Numbered from the stretch's first letter, positions 31,496 through 40,621 are shown. The stretch: DNA of 40,761 bases from Mycobacteriales bacterium (GCA_035533475.1 DATLTS010000021.1:1-40761), one strand, 5' to 3'. Notes: generated by a model not told the origin, from the sequence alone. Program-made: numbers and translations.

Positions 31496-32248
31496 CTACC
31501 AGGGTGCTACCAGTGAGCGCACTGCTCGAATGAGCCGCACGAGCGCCTGCAATGCCAGCGGCGGCACCAGAACGTACCCGGCGTCGGCGGGCCAGTGCCG
31601 GCGCAACATGCGCAGCCCGTCGCGCAACGCGGTCACCGCCGAGCCCGTGCTGTAAGCGAGAGCGGGAGTGACGAAGGTCAACATCAGGTCAAGGACGACC
31701 GCCGACACGGTTCCGGCCGTGATTAGTCGGGCATTGCCGTGCACCGGCCGGGCCAGCAGGTCCACCACGAGGAAGAACGGCACCTCGATCAGTAGCGCAA
31801 GGGCCCCGAGTCGCAGGAATCGCCCGATGTAGGCCCAGCTGTCCACCCAGACCTGGGCGGGGCCCGTCGACGCGCCCCGCCAAATCCGCAGATACCACAA
31901 CCGGACCGCACCGAAGTACCCCAGCTGGAACACGCCGACCCCGAACGACAGCTCGCTCAAACCGAGCAAGACGCCGGCGTGATGACCGCAAGATGTCGCC
32001 GGAGCCACGCAGTCGTGCGTCATCGACGCGGCCGAGGCCCGGTACAGTCCGCTGGCTGCCGCAACCGCCGCGGTCACCAGCGGAAGGAAAGGGTGCCGCC
32101 GCCAGGAGAGCAGTGCCCGCTGCAAATCTCCGACGAACTCTGCCACGGGCCCTCCAGGGCTGCGTTCGACAAGCTCGATGCCGTTTCGCCGCAGACCACG
32201 AAACTCCTGCCCGTAGCAGGTGCGGATCGTTCGCGCGCCGGTCCCCAC
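31496..32248 (-). CDS. Hypothetical polytopic membrane protein, 250 aa
   Basis: Multiple hydrophobic helices (LPLVTAAVAAASGLY, LGALALLIEVPFFLVVDLL, VSAVVLDLMLTFVTPALAY). Not recognised. Confidence 0.45.
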   Translation of the reverse strand: MGTGARTIRTCYGQEFRGLRRNGIELVERSPGGPVAEFVGDLQRALLSWRRHPFLPLVTAAVAAASGLYRASAASMTHDCVAPATSCGHHAGVLLGLSELSFGVGVFQLGYFGAVRLWYLRIWRGASTGPAQVWVDSWAYIGRFLRLGALALLIEVPFFLVVDLLARPVHGNARLITAGTVSAVVLDLMLTFVTPALAYSTGSAVTALRDGLRMLRRHWPADAGYVLVPPLALQALVRLIRAVRSLVAPW

Positions 32249-32356
32249 CTTGGCGCACGCACGGTTGGGAGGCCAGGACGTCGGCCGTCAATCAGCGTCG
32301 GGCGGGTGGCTGGCGCCGGGCTGACGCGGACCCGGCGGCGCGAGAGGATCAACCTC

Positions 32357-32881
32357 GTGGCAGAAACCGCTTTCCCGAGCCCGACGATCCCGATCAGCGA
32401 CGAGCGGCAGGTCCTGCTCGGCTACCTGGACTTCTTCCGCGAGGTGGCATTGGCAAAGGTCGCCGGCATGGCGCCGAAGGATCAGACGGCCAGCCCGTTG
32501 GCTTCGGGCTGGACCCCGCTGGAGCTGCTCAACCATCTTCGTCATGTGGAGCGGCGCTGGCTGGAGTGGGGCTTCTGCGGGGTCCCCATGTCGGATCCGT
32601 GGGCCGATCACCGAGACCACCGCTGGCACACGGATGAGGACTTCGCTGAAATCTCCGCACAGCTGGAGCGGCAAGCGGTGGTGAGCCGGCGAGTGGTCGA
32701 GGACCACGGTCTGGACGAGGTGGGGCAGCCGGGCGAGCGCTGGGATGGTGACCCGCCGGCGACGCTTCGGCGGGTACTCCTGCACCTCGTGCAGGAATAC
32801 GCTCGCCACTGCGGACACCTCGACATCGTCCGCGAGATGGTCGACGGCGCGATCGGCGAAGACACCGGGCCGCTGCAATAG
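32357..32881 (+). CDS. DinB/YfiT-like (DinB_2 / DUF664) four-helix-bundle metalloprotein
   Basis: His triad pattern (LNHLRHVERRW ... LHLVQEYARHCGHLDIVRE). GTG start at 32357 within a longer artifactual ORF. Confidence 0.7.
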   Translation: MAETAFPSPTIPISDERQVLLGYLDFFREVALAKVAGMAPKDQTASPLASGWTPLELLNHLRHVERRWLEWGFCGVPMSDPWADHRDHRWHTDEDFAEISAQLERQAVVSRRVVEDHGLDEVGQPGERWDGDPPATLRRVLLHLVQEYARHCGHLDIVREMVDGAIGEDTGPLQ

Positions 32882-32989
32882 CGCAAGGGCCCCGCGGGCG
32901 GCTCATTCGGGCACGCACGCGGTCAGGACACCCCGACTAGCGGACGGGGGCCGGCCGTCATAAGGGCGCCGGAGCTGGCCAACCAGACG

Positions 32990-33844
32990 TCAGGGCTCGA
33001 CCCCCAGCACTTCCGGTGGGCGATACTTACCCGCATGCGAACCGGCGTGTGACGGCTGCGGGTCCCGATATCGATCTTCGGTCGCGGTGAGGATGACGGG
33101 CCCGTCGTCGGCGATGACGATGGTGTGTTCGAAGTGGGCGCCGCGCGAGCCATCGGTGCTGCGCAGGGTCCACCCGTCGAGGTCGACGCGGTAGGCGTCG
33201 AGGCCGCCGCCGAGGAACCACGGTTCGATGGCGATGGTCAGGCCGGTCCGTAGGCGTAGCCCGCGTCCGGGGTGGCCGTCATTCGGCACGGAGGGGCTTT
33301 CATGCATCGTGCGGCCGACACCGTGGCCGCCGAAGTCGGTGTGCAGCCCGTAGCCAGCTGCGCGGGCGACGGTACCGATGGCGGCGCTGATATCGCCGAG
33401 GTGAGCACCGGGCTGCGCAGCGGCGATCCCGTTGCGGAGTGCCTGCTCGGTGGCTCGCAGCAACTCCAGATCGTCAGCGCAGGAATGCCCGACGCAGAAC
33501 GAGATGGCGGCGTCGCCGGCCCACCCGTCGAGAGTTACGCCGCAGTCGACGCTGAGCATGTCGCCGTCGTGTAGCCGGTAGTGGCTCGGCGGCCCGTGCA
33601 AGACCGCGTCATTGACCGACAGGCACAGCACGCCGGGAAACGGCGTGGGGGCGAAGGCGGGCTGGTAGCCGAGGAACGGTGAGGTGGCGCCCGCGGCGGC
33701 GAGCATGGTCCGGGCCAGGCCGTCCAGATCGTCCAGTCGCACGCCGACGGCGGCTTTGGCGCGGACCGTGGTGAGGATGTCGGCCACGATGGCACCGGCG
33801 GCGCGCATCGCCTCGATCTCGCCAGGTGACTTGAGTTCGATCAT
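32990..33844 (-). CDS. map: Type I methionine aminopeptidase
   Basis: Pita-bread fold metal ligands (DGDMLSVDCG, HGVGRTMHE, IEPWF), with a C-terminal extension. Confidence 0.92.
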   Translation of the reverse strand: MIELKSPGEIEAMRAAGAIVADILTTVRAKAAVGVRLDDLDGLARTMLAAAGATSPFLGYQPAFAPTPFPGVLCLSVNDAVLHGPPSHYRLHDGDMLSVDCGVTLDGWAGDAAISFCVGHSCADDLELLRATEQALRNGIAAAQPGAHLGDISAAIGTVARAAGYGLHTDFGGHGVGRTMHESPSVPNDGHPGRGLRLRTGLTIAIEPWFLGGGLDAYRVDLDGWTLRSTDGSRGAHFEHTIVIADDGPVILTATEDRYRDPQPSHAGSHAGKYRPPEVLGVEP

Positions 33845-33857
33845 CGCGTTTCGCCTT

Positions 33858-33884
33858 CCGGTATTTCTATCCCGGTATTACTAT
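33858..33884. promoter_or_regulatory. Tandem imperfect 13/14-bp direct repeat (ccggtatttctat / cccggtattactat) in the AT-richer map/XRE divergent promoter region; candidate operator
   Basis: Seen directly in the sequence, 8 bp upstream of the XRE regulator start codon. Confidence 0.4.
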
Positions 33885-33891
33885 CGCACGC

Positions 33892-34152
33892 ATGGTGCGA
33901 CCGATGCTGACTCCGGAGGAACGCGAACGCGGCCGGCAACTCGGCGCGGCCCTCCGCGCCGTTCGAGGCCCCCGCAGCATGGTCGAGGTCGCTGCAGTCT
34001 CGGGCGTGGCGATCGAGACACTCCGCAAGATCGAGACCGGCCGAATCGTCACCCCGGCGTTCTTCACCGTCGTAGCGCTGGCCCGGGCGCTTGCGGTGCC
34101 GCTGGAGGCACTCGCCTCGGCGGAGCAGCAGACGCTGACAGCGGTCAGCTAA
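33892..34152 (+). CDS. XRE-family helix-turn-helix transcriptional regulator, 86 aa
   Basis: HTH_3-like sequence EVAAVSGVAIETLRKIETGRIVTPAFFTVVALARAL. Confidence 0.75.
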   Translation: MVRPMLTPEERERGRQLGAALRAVRGPRSMVEVAAVSGVAIETLRKIETGRIVTPAFFTVVALARALAVPLEALASAEQQTLTAVS

Positions 34153-34219
34153 AAACAACCTGAACCACGCCACCAGTTAGCTGTAATTGCAGCCGAGGGG
34201 GCCGTGCTTCTTGCTGTGC

Positions 34220-34260
34220 CTGTCCCATGCCGGCCGAAAATCCGGACCTCGTAGTGGTAG
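34220..34260. repeat. Left copy of an about 40-bp imperfect direct repeat flanking the vapBC module
   Basis: ctgtcccatgccggccgaaaatccggacctcgtagtggtag against the right copy ctgtcccatatccggccgaaatccggagttcagagtggtgg (core 27/29 identical). Confidence 0.55.
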
Positions 34261-34275
34261 TCCCAAGATTCAACA

Positions 34276-34305
34276 CCCGTACGGATCTGTACGAATCCGT
34301 GCGGG
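34276..34305. promoter_or_regulatory. 11-bp inverted repeat (cccgtacggat-N8-atccgtgcggg) followed by a TAGACT -10-like hexamer just upstream of the vapB ATG; candidate VapB operator / leaderless promoter
   Basis: Palindrome seen directly. TAGACT at 34311-34316 ends 7 nt before the ATG, consistent with a leaderless transcript. Confidence 0.4.
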
Positions 34306-34323
34306 TCGCGCTAGACTGGATCC

Positions 34324-34608
34324 ATGGCCACGATCAACGCCGACGAGGTGAGGATTCCGCGGAGCGTGCGGGACGCGGTGACCCGCCACGAACAGGTTGT
34401 CGTACTCAACAGGGAGCGGCCGGTACTCGCCATCGTGCACCCGGACGACCTGCCTCACTTAGGCACTCGGCGTCGTGGTCGGGCAGTACGGGAGATCGCA
34501 GCGCTGCTCGCCGGAACTCCCGCTCCCGACCCGGACTTCGCCAAGGACATGGACGCCGTCTTGGACAGCGTCGGGCCCGCGCCGGAGGATCCGTGGGAGC
34601 GGTCGTAG
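34324..34608 (+). CDS. vapB: VapB-type antitoxin, 94 aa
   Basis: Small acidic C-terminus; it precedes and overlaps (by 16 nt) a PIN-domain gene. Confidence 0.7.
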   Translation: MATINADEVRIPRSVRDAVTRHEQVVVLNRERPVLAIVHPDDLPHLGTRRRGRAVREIAALLAGTPAPDPDFAKDMDAVLDSVGPAPEDPWERS

Positions 34609-35027
34609 ACACCACGGTCTTCATCGACCTGGAGCGCTCAACTTCGCGAGAGGGGCACGCCCGTTCCGCCGAACTGATCGGCCAGCGCCTGACGGAATGC
34701 CTCGGGCCTGACGAACAAGCAGCTATTGCGGCCATCACCGCCAGCGAGTTGCTCCACGGCGTACACCGCGCGAGCGCTAAACACCGCGCCACACGCGAGG
34801 CCTTTGTCGAATCGATCCTCGCGGTCGTTCCCGTTCTCGATTTCGACCTGCTGGCGGCCCGAGCACATGCGCGACTGTGGGCCGACCTTGCCAACACCGG
34901 GTCCGACGTCGGGCCACACGACCGGATAGTAGCCGCGACCGCGATAAGCCTCGGCTGGCAAGTGGCAACGGCCAACGTACGTCACTTCGGACGGATCGCG
35001 GGTCTCGACGTGGTCGAGGTGCGCTGA
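34593..35027 (+). CDS. vapC: VapC PIN-domain ribonuclease toxin, 144 aa
   Basis: VVDTTVFIDLER (first catalytic Asp), ITASELLHGV, and DRIVAATAISLGWQVATANVRHF (distal Asp). The GTG start lies inside the vapB 3' end. Confidence 0.8.
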   Translation: MGAVVDTTVFIDLERSTSREGHARSAELIGQRLTECLGPDEQAAIAAITASELLHGVHRASAKHRATREAFVESILAVVPVLDFDLLAARAHARLWADLANTGSDVGPHDRIVAATAISLGWQVATANVRHFGRIAGLDVVEVR

Positions 35028-35046
35028 CGTGACTGTTCCCAAACGG

Positions 35047-35087
35047 CTGTCCCATATCCGGCCGAAATCCGGAGTTCAGAGTGGTGG
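35047..35087. repeat. Right copy of the vapBC-flanking direct repeat; its last 6 nt overlap the 3' end of tRNA-Val(CAC)
   Basis: See the left copy. Confidence 0.55.
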
Positions 35088-35156
35088 GCGATACTGGGTT
35101 CGAACCAGTGACCTCCTCGGTGTGAACGAGGCGCTCTACCACTGAGCCAATCGCCC
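35082..35156 (-). tRNA. tRNA-Val (anticodon CAC), CCA encoded
   Basis: The reverse complement folds as a canonical cloverleaf: GGGCGAT acceptor, GCTC/GAGC D-stem, CCTCG-TTCACAC-CGAGG anticodon arm, ACTGG-TTCGAAC-CCAGT T-arm, ATCGCCC-A-CCA. Confidence 0.9.
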
Positions 35157-35366
35157 GCGGGCCCGGCTGACTCACGCCGGGCGGCGCAAGTCTAGCGTTC
35201 AGCTCGGGCCCGGCAGAGCCGCCGGCTCCGGAAAACCGGTAGAACCCGGGCATTCCAGGGCTCTTGCGGGTGTTTCGGACCGAAATTAAGTTAGCCATAA
35301 CCGCAGGGTGGGCATCGTCGTTGTCGAAGTACTAACCACGCGACCGCGACGAAAGACGAGGCCCCG

Positions 35367-35795
35367 ATGAACGCTCGACCCGAGTCCGTTAAGGAAGAGC
35401 TCGAGCTGCGCCTCGTCGTCCCCGGCAGCGGTTCCTTGCCGGTCGCGGCGGACATGTCCTACGAGTCGGCCGACCCCTACGCGGTCCACGTGGCCTTCCA
35501 CACCGGCGAGGAAGAGATCGTCGAGTGGGTGTTCGCCCGGCAGCTGCTCACCGACGGGGTCACCCACCCGGTGGGCGAGGGCGACGTGCAGGTTTGGCCG
35601 TCGCACGCGGAGGGGCGCCCGGTCGTCTGCCTCGCGCTGTCCAGCCCGTCCGGCCGGGCGCTGTTCGAAGCGCCGCTCACCGAGCTCGTCGAGTTCCTGA
35701 CCAAGACCTACGCCGCGGTCCCTACCGGCAGCGAAAGCGACTTCGTCGACCTGGACTCGGAGCTTGCCCTGCTGATCTGGGGCGAGGAGAGCTGA
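35367..35795 (+). CDS. ssgB: SsgB-like sporulation/cell-division protein (SsgA-like protein family)
   Basis: LELRLVVPGSGSLPVAADMSYESADPYAVHVAFHTGEEEIVEWVFARQLL...DVQVWPS...VVCLALSSPSGRALFEAP closely parallels Streptomyces SsgB. Confidence 0.85.
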   Translation: MNARPESVKEELELRLVVPGSGSLPVAADMSYESADPYAVHVAFHTGEEEIVEWVFARQLLTDGVTHPVGEGDVQVWPSHAEGRPVVCLALSSPSGRALFEAPLTELVEFLTKTYAAVPTGSESDFVDLDSELALLIWGEES

Positions 35796-35804
35796 CCGAA
35801 CCCG

Positions 35805-35844
35805 ATACGAAAGGCCCCCGCCAACCGGCGGGGGCCTTTCGTAT
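35805..35844. terminator. Perfect 18-bp stem / 4-nt loop hairpin 10 nt after the ssgB stop; intrinsic terminator
   Basis: atacgaaaggcccccgcc-aacc-ggcgggggcctttcgtat. Confidence 0.6.
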
Positions 35845-36147
35845 TCCCCGGAGTCACAACGCGGGCGACACCCGTCAGTACGGCAGCGGCCGACCGGAGG
35901 GGGTGCGCAGATCGATGGGCGGCGCACTCGGGCGCGGCGCGGGCCGGCTCACCTGGACCCGAATCATGCGTACCTCCCGAGCGGAGCTTCGCTGCTGTCA
36001 GGGCAACTATCGGCACGAACCCGGCGCGCGGTAACTCGACGATCGGCCCCGATATTCGGTCAAACGGCCTCATCTGCGGACGACTCGGGGTCATCCGTTC
36101 GGACGGTTTCGGGTCGGCCGAAGCGCCGATCCGGGGGGAAACCCGAC

Positions 36148-37830
36148 TCAGGCCTGCCACGCCGGGGGGTGCGTGCCGGGCTCCAGCGGCATCCGGACGC
36201 CGACGCCGCGAGCCGTGTCCAGCGCGATGTCGTAGCCGGCGTCGGCGTGCCGAACGACCCCGGTGCCCGGGTCGTTGGTCAGCACGAGCTCGAGCCGCCG
36301 CCGGGACTCGGCGCCGCCCTCGGCCACAACCACGACCCCCGCATGAATCGACTTCCCGATCCCGACGCCGCCACCGTGGTGGACCGAAACCCAGGAAGCC
36401 CCCGACGCGGTGTTGAGCAGCGCGTTGAGAACCGGCCAGTCCGCGATCGCGTCCGAGCCGTCCCGCATCGCCTCGGTCTCCCGCTCCGGGCTCGCTACGG
36501 ACCCCGCGTCGAGGTGGTCTCGTCCGATGACGACCGGCGCTCGCAACTCACCGCGGGCGACGAGATCGTCGAAGGCCAGCCCGGCGACGTGCCGCTCCCC
36601 GTACCCGAGCCAGCAGATCCGCGCCGGCAAGCCCTGACCGCGTACCTTTTCGCGGGCAAAGCGGACCCAGCGCTGGAGCCCGTCGTCGTCCGGGAACGCC
36701 TCCAGCACCGCCCGGTCGGTCGCGGCGAGGTCGGCGTCGTCGCCGGACAGGCAGGCCCAGCGGAACGGCCCGGCCCCACGCGCGAACAGCGGGCGGATGT
36801 AGGCGACGACGAAGCCCGGGTAGGCGAAGGCGTCCGTGACCCCGGCTTCCAGGGCCTGGCCGCGCAGGCCGTTGCCGTAGTCGAAGGCGATGGCGCCGGC
36901 CGCTTGCAGCTCGAGGATCGCCCGGCAGTGCACCGCCATCGACGCCGTGGCCCGCTCGACGTACTCCCCCGGCTTGGCCCGGCGCAGCTCGACCGCCGCT
37001 TCGAGGTCGATGCCGGCCGGCACGTAGCCCGCCAGCGCGTCGTGCGCCGAGGTCTGGTCGGTTTCGACGTCAGGGGTCCAGCCCCGGGCGAGGAGGTCCG
37101 GGAGGACCTCGGCGGCATTCCCGATCACCGCCACCGACAAGGGCCGGCCGGCGGCACGCGCCCGCTCGACCCGGCCCAGCGCGTCGTCGAGCGAGGTCGC
37201 GATCTCGTCGAGATAGCCGCCGGCCAACCGGCGCCGGGCCCGCTCCGGGTCGACCTCGACGACCAACGCGACCCCGCCGTTGCCGGTGACCGCGAGCGGC
37301 TGGGCCCCGCCCATGCCGCCGAGCCCGGCGGTGAGCACGACCCGACCCGCGAGGGTGCCCCCGAAGTGGCGGGCCGCCACTTCCGCGAAGGTCGCATAGG
37401 TCCCCTGGAGGATGCCCTGGGTCCCGATGTAGATCCATGACCCGGCGGTCATCTGCCCGAACATCGTGAGGCCGAGATCCTCGAGCTCACGGAAGTACGA
37501 CGGCGTCGCCCACTTCGGGACGACGAGCGCGTTGGCGATCAACACCCGAGGGGCGAACTCGTGGGTCCGCATGACGGCAACCGGCTTGCCGGACTGCACG
37601 AGGAGCGTGTCGTCCGGGGCCATCGTTCGAAGCGACTCGACGATGGCATCGAAACTGCGCCAGTCCCGAGCCGCCTTACCGGAGCCGCCGTAGACGACGA
37701 GGTCGTCGGGACGTTCGGCGACTTCCGGGTCGAGGTTGTTCTGGAGCATCCGCAGCGCCGCTTCCGCTCCCCAGCTTCGGGCCGAGCGCTCCGGTCCGCG
37801 CGGCGCCCGCACCACCCGCGCTCCCTGCAT
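36148..37830 (-). CDS. hutU: Urocanate hydratase
   Basis: [28 protein letters not shown]-terminus and full-length urocanase homology. Confidence 0.93.
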   Translation of the reverse strand: MQGARVVRAPRGPERSARSWGAEAALRMLQNNLDPEVAERPDDLVVYGGSGKAARDWRSFDAIVESLRTMAPDDTLLVQSGKPVAVMRTHEFAPRVLIANALVVPKWATPSYFRELEDLGLTMFGQMTAGSWIYIGTQGILQGTYATFAEVAARHFGGTLAGRVVLTAGLGGMGGAQPLAVTGNGGVALVVEVDPERARRRLAGGYLDEIATSLDDALGRVERARAAGRPLSVAVIGNAAEVLPDLLARGWTPDVETDQTSAHDALAGYVPAGIDLEAAVELRRAKPGEYVERATASMAVHCRAILELQAAGAIAFDYGNGLRGQALEAGVTDAFAYPGFVVAYIRPLFARGAGPFRWACLSGDDADLAATDRAVLEAFPDDDGLQRWVRFAREKVRGQGLPARICWLGYGERHVAGLAFDDLVARGELRAPVVIGRDHLDAGSVASPERETEAMRDGSDAIADWPVLNALLNTASGASWVSVHHGGGVGIGKSIHAGVVVVAEGGAESRRRLELVLTNDPGTGVVRHADAGYDIALDTARGVGVRMPLEPGTHPPAWQA

Positions 37831-37864
37831 GGCCCGCTCCCTCCGTCCCCGCGACGGTATGCCG

Positions 37865-38698
37865 TCAGGGGTCGATATCGATCGCCGCTCGCTCCGCGAA
37901 GACCTCGGCCGCCCGCCGCGTGAGTTCGCCCGGCGTCGCGGCGAGCGCCGCCCCGTCGACCCAACGCACCGGCTGCACGTCCCGCAAAGTCGAAGCCAGG
38001 AACGCCTCGTCCGCGGACCGTAACGCGTCCAACGGAACCTCGACCTCGGCCACGTCGCCGAGCCATTCCAACAACAGATCCCGGGTTACCCCGCGCAGGC
38101 AACCCGTGCTCAGCGCCGGTGTCACCAGCCGGCCGTCGAGGCCGAGGAACACGTTGCTGCCGGTTCCCTCGCACAACATCCCGACCGTGTTCGCGAAGAT
38201 CGCCTCCGTTCCGCCGCGCTCGTGCGCGTACCGGAGCGCCACAACGTTTTCGGCGTAGGACGTCGTCTTCAACCCTGCGGTCGCCGCGCGCTCGTTGCGG
38301 ACCCACGGAGTGATGACGACATCGGCGAAGGGGGCCGCCGGCGCTGCGGGGGCAAGCCCGACGATGACGGTCGCGGGGCCGTCCCCGCGCTCCGATGACA
38401 GCGGTGAGGGTCCGCCGGTCACGGTGATCCGCAACCGGGCCAGCCCGTCCGGCGCCGCCACATCGGCGAGGACAGCCACGATCCCCTCCCTTACCTGGGC
38501 GGCGTCGACCACCAGCCCCAACCCGGCCGCCGAGTGCTCGAGCCGGCGCAGGTGCCGGGTCAGGGCGAACGGCACGCGATCGAGGACCTTTGCGGTCTCG
38601 AAAACCCCGTCGCCGGCCACCACGCCGTGGTCGTTGATCTTTAACGAGGGGATCTCCCCGCGCGTGACTGCGCCCCCCACCCAGGCCAGCAGGGTCAT
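37865..38698 (-). CDS. Class IV (fold type IV) PLP aminotransferase: branched-chain / D-amino-acid aminotransferase or aminodeoxychorismate-lyase-like
   Basis: GVFETAKV..., catalytic Lys in GLKTTSY, and EGTGSNVF...[14 protein letters not shown] motifs. The stop is 34 nt upstream of hutU, and the start overlaps the hutH stop. Confidence 0.8.
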   Translation of the reverse strand: MTLLAWVGGAVTRGEIPSLKINDHGVVAGDGVFETAKVLDRVPFALTRHLRRLEHSAAGLGLVVDAAQVREGIVAVLADVAAPDGLARLRITVTGGPSPLSSERGDGPATVIVGLAPAAPAAPFADVVITPWVRNERAATAGLKTTSYAENVVALRYAHERGGTEAIFANTVGMLCEGTGSNVFLGLDGRLVTPALSTGCLRGVTRDLLLEWLGDVAEVEVPLDALRSADEAFLASTLRDVQPVRWVDGAALAATPGELTRRAAEVFAERAAIDIDP

Positions 38699-40230
38699 CG
38701 CAGCCGACCGGTCACGGATTCGGCAGCCGCCAAGAGGTCGGGGAGCAACGCGGCGACCGCCTCGATCTGCGGCGCGACCTCCCGGTCGACGTCCATCGGC
38801 GGCACCGCCGCGCGCAGCGTCGCATGCACCGCGGAGGTGGCCGGCCCCGGTCCGGCGAGGGCCGCCCGCAGGTCGATGCCCTGCGCGGCACAGAGCAGTT
38901 CGATGGCCAGCACGGGACGCACGTTGGCCACGACGGCCCGCAGCTTCCGGACCGCCCCGAATCCCATGGACACGTGGTCCTCTTGGTTCCCCGAGGTGGG
39001 GATGGTGTCCACGCTCGCCGGATGCGCGAGCACCTTGTTCTCGCTGACCAGCGCCGCCGCGGTGTACTGGGCGAGCATGAAGCCGGAGTTCATGCCCGGG
39101 TCTCGGGCGAGGAACGCCGGGAGCTCGCGGCTGAACGCGGGGTCCAGCAGCCGGTCGACCCGGCGTTCGGAGATGCTCGCCAACTCGGCCAGGCCGATCG
39201 CGAGGATGTCCGCGGCGAAGGCGAGCGGCTCGCCGTGGAAGTTGCCGGTCGTCATCGCCTCGCCGTCGATGATCACCGGATTGTCGACGACCGCCCCGAG
39301 CTCGATGTCGAGGACCCCCCGGACGTGGGCGAGCAGGTCCCGGACGGCCCCATGGACCTGCGGAGCGCAGCGCAGGCAGTACGCGTCCTGCACCGCGTGC
39401 CGGGAGTCGCGATGGCTGGCCAGCAGCGGGGAGTCGGCGAGCAGCGCCCGCAGGTTGGCTGCCGACTCGAGCTGCCCGGGGTGCGGCCGGAGCGCCTGCA
39501 CCCGGGCGTCGTAGCTTCGGTCGGTCCCGAGCAAGGCTTCGACGGACATCGCGCAGGCCAGGTCCGCGACGGTGACCAGGAGGTTCGCGTCGTGGACGGA
39601 GAACCCGAGCAGCGCCTGCATCGGCTCGGTGCCGTTGAGCAGCGACAGCCCTTCTTTCGGGGCCAGCACCAGGGGATCGATCTCGTGCGCGGCGAGCACC
39701 TCGGCCGCCGGTCGACCAGCCGGGTCCCCGCCGGGCTCGCGGAGCCGGCCGGCCCCGATCAGCGGCGCCGCAAGGTGGGCTAGCTGGGCCAGATCACCGG
39801 AGGCACCGACGGAGCCCTGCCCGGGCACGACCGGCAGCAGGCCCCGGTCGAGCAGTTCCAGCAACCGGGCCGGCAGCTCCACCCGCACCCCGGAGAGCCC
39901 GGCGGCGAGCGTCCGGGCGCGCAGCAGCAGCAACGCCCGGATCTCCGCATCCCCGAGCGCCGCCCCCACCCCGGCAGAGTGGGACAGGACCAGGCTGCGC
40001 TGCATGGCCATCAGGTCCTCGCCGGCCACCCGGGTGTCGGCCAGCGCACCGAAGCCCGTCGTGACCCCGTACACCACCGCATCGGCCGCGACCGCTTCCG
40101 CGACGGCAGCCTGGCTCGCGGCCATCCGGGCCGCCACATCCGGGCCCAGCTCGGCGCGGGCCCGACCGTGGGCCACGTCGATCAGATCGTCAAGGGTCAG
40201 CGGGTCGCCGGTGACCGTGACCGTGCGCAT
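38695..40230 (-). CDS. hutH: Histidine ammonia-lyase
   Basis: MIO-forming ASG triad in SVGASGDLAQLAH, plus GLALLNGT-like and C-terminal conserved regions. Confidence 0.93.
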   Translation of the reverse strand: MRTVTVTGDPLTLDDLIDVAHGRARAELGPDVAARMAASQAAVAEAVAADAVVYGVTTGFGALADTRVAGEDLMAMQRSLVLSHSAGVGAALGDAEIRALLLLRARTLAAGLSGVRVELPARLLELLDRGLLPVVPGQGSVGASGDLAQLAHLAAPLIGAGRLREPGGDPAGRPAAEVLAAHEIDPLVLAPKEGLSLLNGTEPMQALLGFSVHDANLLVTVADLACAMSVEALLGTDRSYDARVQALRPHPGQLESAANLRALLADSPLLASHRDSRHAVQDAYCLRCAPQVHGAVRDLLAHVRGVLDIELGAVVDNPVIIDGEAMTTGNFHGEPLAFAADILAIGLAELASISERRVDRLLDPAFSRELPAFLARDPGMNSGFMLAQYTAAALVSENKVLAHPASVDTIPTSGNQEDHVSMGFGAVRKLRAVVANVRPVLAIELLCAAQGIDLRAALAGPGPATSAVHATLRAAVPPMDVDREVAPQIEAVAALLPDLLAAAESVTGRLR

Positions 40231-40306
40231 GACCGGAACCTAGCGCGACCCGCCGGCCGGGCTCCTCCTGTATCGTCTGCGGAAGCGCCGGACCCGGTCC
40301 GGCCGT

Positions 40307-40379
40307 GCGGACGTGGCTCAGTTGGTAGAGCATCACCTTGCCAAGGTGAGGGTCGCGGGTTCGAATCCCGTCGTCCGCT
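40307..40379 (+). tRNA. tRNA-Gly (anticodon GCC)
   Basis: GCGGACG acceptor, TCACC-TTGCCAA-GGTGA anticodon arm, GCGGG-TTCGAAT-CCCGT T-arm. No CCA encoded. Confidence 0.9.
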
Positions 40380-40412
40380 CGGGGCGTGTCCGCAGGGGCC
40401 CCGGCCCCGAGC

Positions 40413-40484
40413 GGCGGGATGGCCGAGTGGCTTAGGCAAGGGCCTGCAAAGCCCTGTACGCGGGTTCGATTCCCGCTCCCGCCT
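40413..40484 (+). tRNA. tRNA-Cys (anticodon GCA)
   Basis: GGCGGGA acceptor, AGGGC-CTGCAAA-GCCCT anticodon arm, GCGGG-TTCGATT-CCCGC T-arm. Confidence 0.88.
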
Positions 40485-40544
40485 CGAGACGGCTTCGACG
40501 GATCGGAGGGTGGACAGAGCGCGATCGATGCGAACCGCAAACCC

Positions 40545-40621
40545 GGGCGGGTAGCTCAGTTGGTTAGAGCGCATCCCTGACACGGATGAGGTCGGAGGTT
40601 CGAGTCCTCTCTCGCCCACCA
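40545..40621 (+). tRNA. tRNA-Val (anticodon GAC), CCA encoded
   Basis: GGGCGGG acceptor, CATCC-CTGACAC-GGATG anticodon arm, GGAGG-TTCGAGT-CCTCT T-arm, CTCGCCC-A-CCA. Confidence 0.9.

Noticed and set aside
35708-36160. 150-aa minus-strand ORF between ssgB and hutU
   Set aside because: It overlaps the ssgB coding region and the terminator hairpin. Its composition is not protein-like, and the 300-bp hutU-downstream gap is more likely non-coding.
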